Origin: Nitrosococcus oceani ATCC 19707
GTDB taxonomy: Bacteria; Pseudomonadota; Gammaproteobacteria; Nitrosococcales; Nitrosococcaceae
Direction: 5' to 3'
Assembly: GCF_000012805.1 (NCBI RefSeq)
Contig: NC_007484.1
Location: 630,001 to 662,000, forward strand
Length of the DNA: 32,000 nt
Shown here: one piece after another, positions 1-7,748 of the stretch
Layout of the letters: each line of letters starts with the position of its first letter
Position numbering within the stretch: position 1 is the first letter of the stretch
Notes under the pieces: model-generated
The model's input: only the letters and a program-made list of their open reading frames with translations
Told to the model about the DNA's origin: nothing
Database searches by the model: none
Translations under genes and position numbers: made by a program

Positions 1-242
1 TCATCCCAGCTCTTGCTGCGCAAAACCCTGTCCTCGGGCAGGCTCAACCGGCTGATCTGTTCCAGCGCCAAAGGGTTTACCTTGCCTGTTGGGCAACTGC
101 CCGCACTGAACCCCTCAAACAACGGCGCGCCCACCGTATTGAAGATGGCCTCGGCCATAATGGAGCGCGCGGAATTACCGGTGCAGAGTACTAGAACTCG
201 CAGGCGCGATGTGGTTGCAGCGTGTTGGGTCGTGCTATTCAT
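1..242 (-). CDS. arsC: arsenate reductase, LMW-phosphatase (thioredoxin-coupled) type; only the N-terminal part is in the window
   Basis: Hand translation of the minus strand from ATG at 242: [80 protein letters not shown]... CTGNSARS is the CX5R P-loop of LMW-PTP-type ArsC. It starts 8 nt after the arsM stop. It is absent from the ORF track because it is open at the window edge. Confidence 0.75.
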   Translation of the reverse strand, partial: MNSTTQHAATTSRLRVLVLCTGNSARSIMAEAIFNTVGAPLFEGFSAGSCPTGKVNPLALEQISRLSLPEDRVLRSKSWD

Positions 243-250
243 GGATTTTG

Positions 251-1291
251 CTAACAGCATGGGATTGCCTCTGTCGTTCCTGCCACAGTGTCGAATGGCA
301 TCACTGAACCACAGCCTTCGAACAGACCAAAATGTCGTTTGAAATCGCCGATAAACTGAAAATGCCCAGCAAATCGTGTCTCGTGCAGCATGCGCCAGGT
401 GTTGCCGCACACTGGAAATACCCGACCTGCCGCAATGGCGTGATGCTTATCCAATACGAATTGGTGTGGGCTGTGGGGAATCGTGCCCTGATAAATAACC
501 GCCTGGCCGTAATCCTCACAGGCGCTTTCCAGCCCATCTAGTTTGAATAAACGGTAAGTTGCCGAGAAAAACTGCAGATTGCCGGTTTGTTGAGCCAGAT
601 TCCTGTCAGTCACCTCAAGGGATCGATCCTCGACCAGCCGTGGATCGGCAAAACCCGCGGCATTGGCCAGACGCAGAAAGTCGTTCCAGTACAAGGCGCC
701 ACCCAGACATTCACCATACAATACCGAATTGTTGCGCACGGCATCCGGCACACGGCGGTCGGAGTAGACATCCGAGAAATAGAGTTCACCGCCGGGTTTC
801 AGAAGGCGGTGCACGCCATCCAATACCGCCGCTTTATCCGGTGACAGGTTTACCACGCAGTTGGAGACAATGACATCAAAGGAGCCGGGTTCCAGGTCCA
901 GTTCATCGAGTTTTTCAATATACCCTTTGATAAAGCTCACGTTATCAAAACCGAAGGATTCGGTATGCCAACCCTGATGGGATTGAGCCACCGCCAGTTG
1001 TTCATCAGTCATATCCACGCCGACAACTTTGCCCTCAGGACCAACCAGCTGTGCCAGGGCATACACATCGCGACCCGACCCACAGCCCAGATCCAGCACT
1101 CGGCATCCTTTCAATAAGGGTGGACAAATCAGCCCGCAGCCATAGTAGCGAAATTGAATCTCCGGATGAATCCGCGCCAGTAGAGGCTTCAGCCAATCAG
1201 GCATAGCGCTGGCATCGCAGCAAGCAGTGGTTTTGAGATCGGCGGAACTTTGCAGCTGCTTACCGTAATAATCTTGAACGACGTCGTGCAT
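251..1291 (-). CDS. arsM: arsenite S-adenosylmethionine methyltransferase (ArsM family)
   Basis: Track ORF 251..1306. It has the SAM-binding motif [11 protein letters not shown], an N-terminal Cys pair (TTACCD), YYGCG, and later conserved Cys ([14 protein letters not shown]) typical of ArsM. I place the start at ATG 1291 (MHDVV...) with GGAG 9 nt upstream, because the 1306 start is a TTG. Confidence 0.8.
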   Translation of the reverse strand: MHDVVQDYYGKQLQSSADLKTTACCDASAMPDWLKPLLARIHPEIQFRYYGCGLICPPLLKGCRVLDLGCGSGRDVYALAQLVGPEGKVVGVDMTDEQLAVAQSHQGWHTESFGFDNVSFIKGYIEKLDELDLEPGSFDVIVSNCVVNLSPDKAAVLDGVHRLLKPGGELYFSDVYSDRRVPDAVRNNSVLYGECLGGALYWNDFLRLANAAGFADPRLVEDRSLEVTDRNLAQQTGNLQFFSATYRLFKLDGLESACEDYGQAVIYQGTIPHSPHQFVLDKHHAIAAGRVFPVCGNTWRMLHETRFAGHFQFIGDFKRHFGLFEGCGSVMPFDTVAGTTEAIPCC

Positions 1292-1306
1292 GATAAAAAA
1301 CTCCAA

Positions 1307-1678
1307 TCAGGATGACTTGACTTTTGGAACCCGTTTAGATTTGCCTATTGCAGATACGCTTTGCCTCCAGGCGAATTGCCGAATCCGCTTAAAATCCAGA
1401 TGATCTCCCTCGTCCTTCCCCTAATAGGCTGCCTGAATAATGCCATTTCTATCTACCAGAAAATTCGCTGGCATGGTGTTCATGTATCCACCAGTAGTGA
1501 TGGGCAAATACCCCTTGCCAAACACAGCATAGAGCAGTGACGGCAAGCGAGGCAACATACCTTTTAGCAGGCCACATCAGGAGTGACGAATGGCATAGCA
1601 TCCGTGAATAATCCCCCCTTCATCAGCCAAAATCGGAAAATGAGCATCATGACGCTGAGCGTAGCGCTGTAATTCAGC
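1307..1678 (-). pseudogene. remnant of a thioredoxin-fold peroxiredoxin-like (AhpC/TSA, PRX-like2 type) gene, lacking its N-terminus and interrupted by two in-frame stops
   Basis: Hand translation: AELQRYAQRHDAHFPILADEGGIIHGCYAIRHS*CGLLKGMLPRLPSLLYAVFGKGYLPITTGGYMNTMPANFLVDRNGIIQAAY*GKDEGDHLDFKRIRQF... The FPILAD..., PANFLVDRNGII and GKDEGDH blocks match the C-terminal half of redoxin-family proteins. The catalytic-Cys N-terminal half is absent, and TGA and TAG stops lie inside. Confidence 0.5.
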
Positions 1679-2323
1679 TCAGCTAATGGCTGTGAAACGT
1701 GGCGCCCAGTTTTCAGGCAAATACTGCAAATCCTGTGGTTCGTCGATGTCATGCAAAGGTGCCAGTTGCTTGAACGTCCAACATTCCGCCAGCATTCGCT
1801 GCCGCGTCAGCCGTGCGACGGCGGTGGAACTCCAGGGCATGTCGCTGAATACCTCGGGAAGGTGCCGATTCAAGCCCAGCAGGGCATAACCACCATCACT
1901 TACTGGTACCATACAGGCATCGTGGCGCTCCAGCGCTTGCGCTGCTTCACGCAGCTTTTTTGCATTCAGGCTGGGGCAATCAGTGCCGATCAAAATAATT
2001 GCTTGCCCGTTATTGGTAATTCGGCGTGTCGCCCTAGCCAGGCGTTCGCCTAAATCTCCTTCGCCCTGTTCGGACCATTCGAGTGAAACGGGTAGCGTTA
2101 ATTCCTTCCAGATCGAATGCAGACGAGTCGGTGACACGCACAGCTCTACTGGTCCGGTATCTGCCAATACCGCCTGTTTGACCGCATGTTCCAGCAGCTT
2201 AACGGCAAGGTGTGCTGAGCCTTCTGCTCCAAGGGCAGGAATCAACCGAGTCTTGGCTAGTCCGGGTAAAGGTGCCTTGGCAAAAATGACTATGCGAATA
2301 GCTCTTTGGGGCATTGTATTCAT
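1679..2323 (-). CDS. DUF2064-type glycosyltransferase-like protein (TIGR04282-like, the rSAM/selenodomain-associated or arsenosugar cluster transferase 1)
   Basis: 214-aa ORF. N-terminus RIVIFAKAPLPGLAKTRLIPALGAEGSA is the DUF2064 signature (AKAP.PG..KTRL). It starts 4 nt after the upstream GT2 gene stop. Confidence 0.7.
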   Translation of the reverse strand: MNTMPQRAIRIVIFAKAPLPGLAKTRLIPALGAEGSAHLAVKLLEHAVKQAVLADTGPVELCVSPTRLHSIWKELTLPVSLEWSEQGEGDLGERLARATRRITNNGQAIILIGTDCPSLNAKKLREAAQALERHDACMVPVSDGGYALLGLNRHLPEVFSDMPWSSTAVARLTRQRMLAECWTFKQLAPLHDIDEPQDLQYLPENWAPRFTAIS

Positions 2324-2327
2324 GGTT

Positions 2328-3077
2328 TCATTGTTTCACCGATTGCTCATAGCGTTTGACTAGCTGTTCAGGCGGCACACCTCGCCAATAGGCCCAGCGT
2401 AGCCGCCACATCAGCCCGATCGTGCGCCAGATTCCTCGTTGTAGCCACCGACGCCCGGATGTAACGACTTTTGCTGAAAGACAGGCAGGGCGTTCAATGC
2501 ACAGCAATCGCTTGGATAGTTCAATGTCTTCCATGAGAGGTTGCTCTGGATAACCCTGTATGTGTTCGAACAAGGTTCTTTCCACAAAAATAGCTTGATC
2601 ACCGGTTGCTATGCCCGTTAACCGGGAACGCCCATTCATAAAAAAGGCCACCATGTTGAGCATCGCCGTATCGCCACTGATGTGGACATCAAAGCGTCCC
2701 CAGCGGCGCTTGTAAATAGCTCGGGAAATGCGCTCCAACCCATCTTTGGGTAAGCGAGTATCCGCATGCAAAAATACCAGAACCGAGCCGTTGGCCTGTG
2801 TCGCACCGGCATTCATTTGCACGGCGCGCCCACGGGCGGAGCGAATAACTTTGAAACCAATGCTTTCAGCCACTTTGGCGGAGCCATCCTGGCTGCCACC
2901 ATCGACCAGTAGCACTTCGCAACCCTGTCGCTGCCAGTACTGTAAATGCGCCAGCAGATCCGGCAGCAACTCAATTTCATTCAACATCGGCACGATGATG
3001 CTGAACGCCGATCGTGAGTGCCACCGCCCCTGGTCAGCGCTTTTGGTTGAGTTGCCAGTCATAATCAAGAAACTCAA
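2328..3077 (-). CDS. family-2 glycosyltransferase (TIGR04283-like, cluster transferase 2)
   Basis: 249-aa ORF. FSIIVPMLNE...VLLVDGGSQDGS...VFLHADTRLP is a GT-A/GT2 fold with a DxD-like motif. The start is ambiguous: TTG 3077 with GGAG 6 nt upstream, or ATG 3062. Confidence 0.7.
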   Translation of the reverse strand: MSFLIMTGNSTKSADQGRWHSRSAFSIIVPMLNEIELLPDLLAHLQYWQRQGCEVLLVDGGSQDGSAKVAESIGFKVIRSARGRAVQMNAGATQANGSVLVFLHADTRLPKDGLERISRAIYKRRWGRFDVHISGDTAMLNMVAFFMNGRSRLTGIATGDQAIFVERTLFEHIQGYPEQPLMEDIELSKRLLCIERPACLSAKVVTSGRRWLQRGIWRTIGLMWRLRWAYWRGVPPEQLVKRYEQSVKQ

Positions 3078-3099
3078 TGTCCACTCCGGCTTCGGTCGC

Positions 3100-3309
3100 T
3101 CAGAAACAAGTTGCTCTGTTCATCAAGCTGCTCACGATCCCGGGCCCTCCCTTTTGATAGTCTACGACCGTGGCAGCCCCACCGTTGACCGGTGATACAT
3201 GCGCCATGAGCAAGTTATTCCAGGTGTTGTGATTGAAACTCTCAGCCCAGGCGGTCTGAAGCGTCAGAATGCTTAGTAGCAGGCCCATCAGCAGGTGATG
3301 TTTTTGCAT
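3100..3309 (-). pseudogene. 69-codon stub resembling the signal peptide plus first conserved block of DUF547 proteins; probably a truncated gene
   Basis: ATG 3309 preceded by GGAGAAGAGG. Translation: MQKHHLLMGLLLSILTLQTAWAESFNHNTWNNLLMAHVSPVNGGAATVVDYQ... (signal peptide, then the F.H..W..LL..HV....VDY pattern), stopping after 69 codons. The core DUF547 domain is missing, and only 22 nt remain before the next gene. Confidence 0.35.
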
Positions 3310-5458
3310 TACCTCTTCTCCATTGGTGATATTTCTCAAGCCAGATAAGAACCCGCTCTGGCGCATGAGCACGTTTCCACTCGCCGGCGGCATATTTGTT
3401 GGCTTCCGCCCAGGTGGGATAGGCGTGGATGGTGCCGAGAATTTTGCTCAGACCAAGCCCATGCTTCATCGCTAGCACGAATTCCGCCATCAGGTCGCCA
3501 CCATGCTTACCGACGATGGTGACACCGAGGATACGGTCCTTGCCGGGTTCGGTGAGTACCTTGACGAATCCATGAGCGGCTCCGTCGGTGATAGCCCGAT
3601 CCAGATCCTCCAGTCCGTAGCGGGTTACCTCAAAAGCAATGCCTTTTTTCTTGGCCTCCTGTTCGTTAAGGCCTACCTGAGCCACTTCAGGATCAATAAA
3701 GGTCGTCCAAGGTATGATGCGATAATCAACCTTGAACCTTTTGAATTGGCTGAACAGGGCGTTGACGGCGGCATACCAGGCTTGGTGAGCGGCAGTATGG
3801 GTGAACTGGTAGGGGCCTGCTACATCGCCGGCGGCGTAAATATTCGGATACAGCGTCTCCAGATAGTCGTTGGTCACGATGGTGCGGTTAGTTTCGATGC
3901 CTAGCTCTTCAAGGCCATACCCCTGCAATCTGGCCACACGGCCCACCGCGCAGAGGAGGGTATCGAATTCAATGATCTTTTCTACGCCTTCGTATTCCAT
4001 AATCAGGCGTTTTGTACCACCTTGCTTTTCACAGCGGAGTGCTTTGTGGTTGGTAAGCACGGCGACACCATCACCTTGCAGCGATGCCTTGGCGAATTCA
4101 GAGACCTCCTCATCCTCACGGATCAGGATACGCGGGGCCATTTCCACCTGAGTTACTTGAGAGCCCAGGCGGGTAAAACTCTGTGCCAGTTCGCATCCAA
4201 TCGGACCACCACCCAACACAACAAGGCGCTTTGGCGCTTCATCCAGTTTGGCAAACTCATCCCATAGGGTATCGCTGGTGACATAGCCCACCTCTTTAAT
4301 ACCGGGTAGAGGGGGAATAAAGGGGCGTGCGCCGGTGGCTAGGACGATGGAACGACTGGTTAATTGTTGCACGGAACCATCATTGCGCTTGATTTCCACA
4401 GTCCAGGGATCGACCAACCTGGCATAACCCTGAATGATCTCCACCCCCAACCCTTCGTACCGCTCGATACTGTCGTGGGGCTCAACCTGACGAATCACCT
4501 CATGGACGCGGGCCATTACTTTGCGGAAGGAAAAATGGGGGGAGGTGGCTTCCAATCCGTAGTGGTCGGCCTGGCGCATCTGGTGTGCCAGCTTGGCGCT
4601 TTTGATCAGTGCCTTACTGGGAACACAGCCATAATTCAAACAGTCACCGCCCATTTTGTGGGCTTCGATCAGTGTGACTTTAGCCTTCACCGCCGCTGCG
4701 ATATAGGCGGTGACCAGGCCGCCAGCACCGGCGCCAATTACGATCAGATTACGATCAAAGTGACTGGGTTTTTGATAGCCTGCATACACACGGCGTGCCT
4801 TAATGACCGCCAGTAGTTTTTTGGCCAGCAGGGGAAAAACACCCAATAATGCAAACGACAGTAGCAGGGACGGCGACAAGATGCCTGATAGGCTGTCCAG
4901 TTGGGCTAACTGCGTGCCAGCATTCACGTAGACCAGCGTGCCAGCCAACATGCCGACCTGACTGACCCAAAAGAAAGTAAGCGCCCGAATGGGAGTGAGC
5001 CCCATCAAGAGATTGATGAGAAAAAACGGAAATACCGGAACCAGGCGCAGGGTGAACAGGTAGAAAGCACCATCCTTTTTGATGCCTTCATTAATGGGTT
5101 TCAGGCGATCACCAAAACGTTTTTGGACGGTGTCATGGAGCAGATACCGGGATATCAAAAAGGCGAGAGTAGCACCGACCGTGCTGGCAAAGGACACAAT
5201 GATCGTTCCCCACAGCAGTCCAAACAAGGCCCCAGCAGCCAATGTCATCACTGCGGCGCCTGGCAGGGAGAGCGCGGTCACCAGCACATACAGCAGTAAA
5301 AAGGCCCCGCCAATCACCATGGGTTGGTCCGTACGCCATGCTTCGAATTGTGCCAGTCCCTGCTTTAGGCCTTCCAGTGTCAGTAGGCGGTCGAGATCGA
5401 AAAAGAAAAAGCCAACGACCAGCGCTGTTATGACCATCAATAAGTATGCTTTCTTCAT
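3242..5458 (-). CDS. fusion protein: N-terminal DedA/TVP38/TMEM64 membrane domain plus C-terminal FAD-dependent class-I pyridine-nucleotide-disulfide oxidoreductase (mercuric/glutathione-reductase-like)
   Basis: 738-aa ORF. Roughly the first 225 aa are multi-span hydrophobic with the SNARE-associated/DedA pattern (...FLISRYL...FTLRLVPVFPF...). Then comes the FAD dinucleotide motif VIGAGAGG, the redox-active pair GGDCLNYGCVPSK (CxxxxC), a second Rossmann motif VVLGGGPIGCE, and an HAYPT dimerisation-domain motif. There is no MerA-type C-terminal CC pair. Confidence 0.8.
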   Translation of the reverse strand: MKKAYLLMVITALVVGFFFFDLDRLLTLEGLKQGLAQFEAWRTDQPMVIGGAFLLLYVLVTALSLPGAAVMTLAAGALFGLLWGTIIVSFASTVGATLAFLISRYLLHDTVQKRFGDRLKPINEGIKKDGAFYLFTLRLVPVFPFFLINLLMGLTPIRALTFFWVSQVGMLAGTLVYVNAGTQLAQLDSLSGILSPSLLLSFALLGVFPLLAKKLLAVIKARRVYAGYQKPSHFDRNLIVIGAGAGGLVTAYIAAAVKAKVTLIEAHKMGGDCLNYGCVPSKALIKSAKLAHQMRQADHYGLEATSPHFSFRKVMARVHEVIRQVEPHDSIERYEGLGVEIIQGYARLVDPWTVEIKRNDGSVQQLTSRSIVLATGARPFIPPLPGIKEVGYVTSDTLWDEFAKLDEAPKRLVVLGGGPIGCELAQSFTRLGSQVTQVEMAPRILIREDEEVSEFAKASLQGDGVAVLTNHKALRCEKQGGTKRLIMEYEGVEKIIEFDTLLCAVGRVARLQGYGLEELGIETNRTIVTNDYLETLYPNIYAAGDVAGPYQFTHTAAHQAWYAAVNALFSQFKRFKVDYRIIPWTTFIDPEVAQVGLNEQEAKKKGIAFEVTRYGLEDLDRAITDGAAHGFVKVLTEPGKDRILGVTIVGKHGGDLMAEFVLAMKHGLGLSKILGTIHAYPTWAEANKYAAGEWKRAHAPERVLIWLEKYHQWRRGNAKTSPADGPATKHSDASDRLG

Positions 5459-5511
5459 TATGGGTATGCTCTGTCGTTGAAATATTTCGTCACAACTAGC
5501 CTTTCAGGTTG

Positions 5512-6465
5512 TTAAAAGGAACCACCACAACTGCTCCCCTGACCAGCGGTGCAGCCATAGCAATGGTCCGCTATACGGATGGGGTAATCGTTCAAGCTCT
5601 CTTCCAGGAGATCCCGTAAGTGCTTGCGTTTTACGCCTCCTAATGGCAGTGCCAATTGTTGATTGAAATCGCAGTCGTATAAGTAGCCCTGCCAATCCAC
5701 GCTCACCAGGGATCGGCACATTACCTGTTCAAGGTTATTTGGCTGGTAGCTGTCTTTCAGCAACTGCATGTAGCCCTGAAATTTTCCTTTGGAAATCAGG
5801 GTAGAACCAAAACGCTTAATGGGCATATTAGCCAACGCATACAATTGGTTGAACTCAATACCAAAGTGCTGGCGCAGCTCGCGTTTGTAATCGGCTTCCA
5901 ATGATTGCTGGTCGGGTGGCAAGGTCGGCCCCTGCGGGTTGTAAACTAGGTTTAGCGCCAGATCGCTGCCTGGCTGTCCGTATCCTAGAGTATTGAGCTT
6001 TTGCAATCCGGCAATGCTTTTATCAAAGACACCTTTACCGCGTTGTTTGTCAACATTTTCCAGGGAGTAGCAGGGCAGTGACGCTACAACCTCCACTTGA
6101 TACTTTGCCAGAAACTCGGCCAAGTTTTCCTGCCCGGGCTCAAACAGAATTGTCAGATTGCACCGGTCAATTACATGTACGCCAGTAGCGCGGGCCTTGG
6201 ATACCAGGTAACGAAAGTCGCTGTGCAGTTCTGGCGCTCCACCGGTCAGATCCAAGGTCTTGATGGGGCGCGATTTAAGTACCGGAAAGATCAATTCTAG
6301 GGTGTCCCGGTCCATCATCTCCTTGCGATTTGGACCCGCGTTGACATGGCAATGCAGGCAGCTTTGGTTGCATTTGTAGCCAAGATTGACTTGCAGGGTC
6401 TCCAGACTTTTTCGCCGAATAGGGGGAAAGTCAGTGACTTCCAAAAGGGGTAAGGTTGCATGCAT
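5512..6465 (-). CDS. arsS: radical SAM / Cys-rich-domain protein of the arsenosugar biosynthesis ArsS family (TIGR04167-like)
   Basis: Track ORF 5512..6543. It has the CX3CX2C motif (KCNQSCLHC) and the C-terminal Cys-rich tail HCYGCTAGQGSSCGG. I prefer ATG 6465 (MHATLPLL...) with GGAG 7 nt upstream over the longer form. Confidence 0.75.
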   Translation of the reverse strand: MHATLPLLEVTDFPPIRRKSLETLQVNLGYKCNQSCLHCHVNAGPNRKEMMDRDTLELIFPVLKSRPIKTLDLTGGAPELHSDFRYLVSKARATGVHVIDRCNLTILFEPGQENLAEFLAKYQVEVVASLPCYSLENVDKQRGKGVFDKSIAGLQKLNTLGYGQPGSDLALNLVYNPQGPTLPPDQQSLEADYKRELRQHFGIEFNQLYALANMPIKRFGSTLISKGKFQGYMQLLKDSYQPNNLEQVMCRSLVSVDWQGYLYDCDFNQQLALPLGGVKRKHLRDLLEESLNDYPIRIADHCYGCTAGQGSSCGGSF

Positions 6466-6548
6466 CGTGATCTCCAGAGTCCGGTTGCATATTTCAGAAT
6501 TTGAACCTTGGTCGTGCCAAATCGTTGATTTCTTACAAGGCATCTTTA

Positions 6549-6562
6549 ATACTAGCTAGTAT
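6549..6562. promoter_or_regulatory. perfect 14-bp palindrome ATACTAGCTAGTAT upstream of arsS; candidate operator
   Basis: Read directly from the sequence. It lies 84-97 nt upstream of the preferred arsS start and abuts a TTGTCA -35-like hexamer on the minus strand. Confidence 0.3.
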
Positions 6563-7379
6563 GACAACCGCCATAGTTGTTTTTTTAATAGGATACTTCA
6601 ACCATGGTGTTATATCCGGTCTTAGCAGCTCCACATCGGTCTATCTATTGTCATCATGACTGGAGCTGGATTATGCGTGTAAGAATCCGCCGCCCCGATG
6701 CGACCAAGGTGTTATTAATGGCTGTTTGTGGGGCTGCCTTGATGAAAACCTGTCACCTGGGAAATAGGCTGTTCGACATCCTGGACAAGTCAAGGAGAAT
6801 TGACTTTCTCGGCTCCCTTGGCGCTACGCATTTATGATGACGCTGCCCGCCGAGTTGGTCGAATTCATGGATGGAGTGGCGTTGGTGCTTGGATTGGATT
6901 TACGCCTGATGGCCATCCCAATGAAGCTCACAATGGCCGTCGGCACCGCTTCACCGGCACCGAGCTACAGTAGCATGGATGACTGGATTGCTCGAAAATT
7001 TCGGACTAGCCCGGCAGCTTCGGGTCAGTGGCATTAGCTAAAAAACAACAGAGGAAACGTTGGAATTAAACATGGATGTTTAATGCCTTCCAGCGAGAGT
7101 GCGAAATGAAGTCGCGCATCGACCCGCCTGCGCCAAGGGCGGTGCGGCAGGCAGGGCGGGAGGACCAGGTTACTTGCGTTTTGCCATGAATTAGCGCTAT
7201 GATTTTCTCGTTGCCACAAGCGCGACCTATCCTCGGGAGGAGGAGAAGTGATGCGCGTGGAGGGTGATACCCAACCGAGGGCCTTGCGCGCTAAGTCGTG
7301 GCCAGCCCGAGGTACCCGTTGAAGCGCGAATTCTCCAGGCGGATGAGGTTTTGTAATAGGAACAAAATCGACATCAGTC

Positions 7380-7560
7380 ATGGCGAAACTCCAATCACTC
7401 GCCGGACACCGCTCCGGAAGCAGCAAAGGCTTGCCTGACGGACGCAAAAAAGCAATTGGGATTCGTTCCTCATCTCTATTTCGTCCCTTGCAATGGTGGC
7501 CGACTACGATCGCTGGTATCCACGAGAAGTCCATGTCACTACGGATCTAGCAATCGCTAA
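7380..7560 (+). pseudogene. N-terminal fragment of a carboxymuconolactone-decarboxylase/AhpD-like (CMD family) gene, frameshifted and truncated
   Basis: ATG 7380 gives MAKLQSLAGH... The +1 frame then reads ...PDTAPEAAKACLTDAKKQLGFVPHLYFV..., matching the CMD-family N-terminal pattern (..AP..A..L....K.LGFVPN.....). No intact continuation exists in any frame. Confidence 0.35.
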
Positions 7561-7748
7561 CCTGGTGAGATAGGCTATTTCTCTTGCGCTAATCCTCAGT
7601 ACTGAACATATAAGCAAAAGGGTAAATATATAATTGAGGCGGATTTACACAGAAACCTTCATTAATCTCCTTAGGTATCCGGGGATTTTAGAATTCAGCA
7701 AAGTATATAATAGCCGACTCTTTTTTATTCAAGCCTTTGCTGTAAGCG

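Noticed and set aside
13-342. 109-aa plus-strand ORF at the window start
   Set aside because: It lies antisense to the clearly recognisable arsC N-terminus and arsM C-terminus. It has no motifs and an Arg/Ser/Leu-rich composition typical of an antisense frame.
1579-1581. In-frame TGA inside the peroxiredoxin-like remnant as a possible selenocysteine codon, tempting because this cluster family was first called selenodomain-associated
   Set aside because: The same frame also contains a TAG where relatives have Tyr. The catalytic N-terminal half and any start codon are missing. The TGA is not at a redox-active position. A nonsense mutation in a pseudogene is the simpler reading.
5512-6543. Long 343-aa form of ArsS starting at 6543, and similar 5'-extended track forms of arsM (1306), sseA (9288), exbB (25085), the thioredoxin-TPR gene (21805) and the TRAP SBP (14926)
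   Set aside because: Most of the extended starts I checked are TTG codons without an SD (the ArsS 6543 start is an ATG, and I did not check the 21805 or 25085 start codons). Some extensions would overlap the upstream gene, for example 21805 into thiE. Internal ATGs give N-termini that match the family pattern.
7034-7534. 166-aa minus-strand ORF
   Set aside because: Its composition is Arg/Pro/Ser/Trp-rich and not protein-like. It runs across fragments that read better as decayed CMD-like and possibly HxlR-like genes in other frames.
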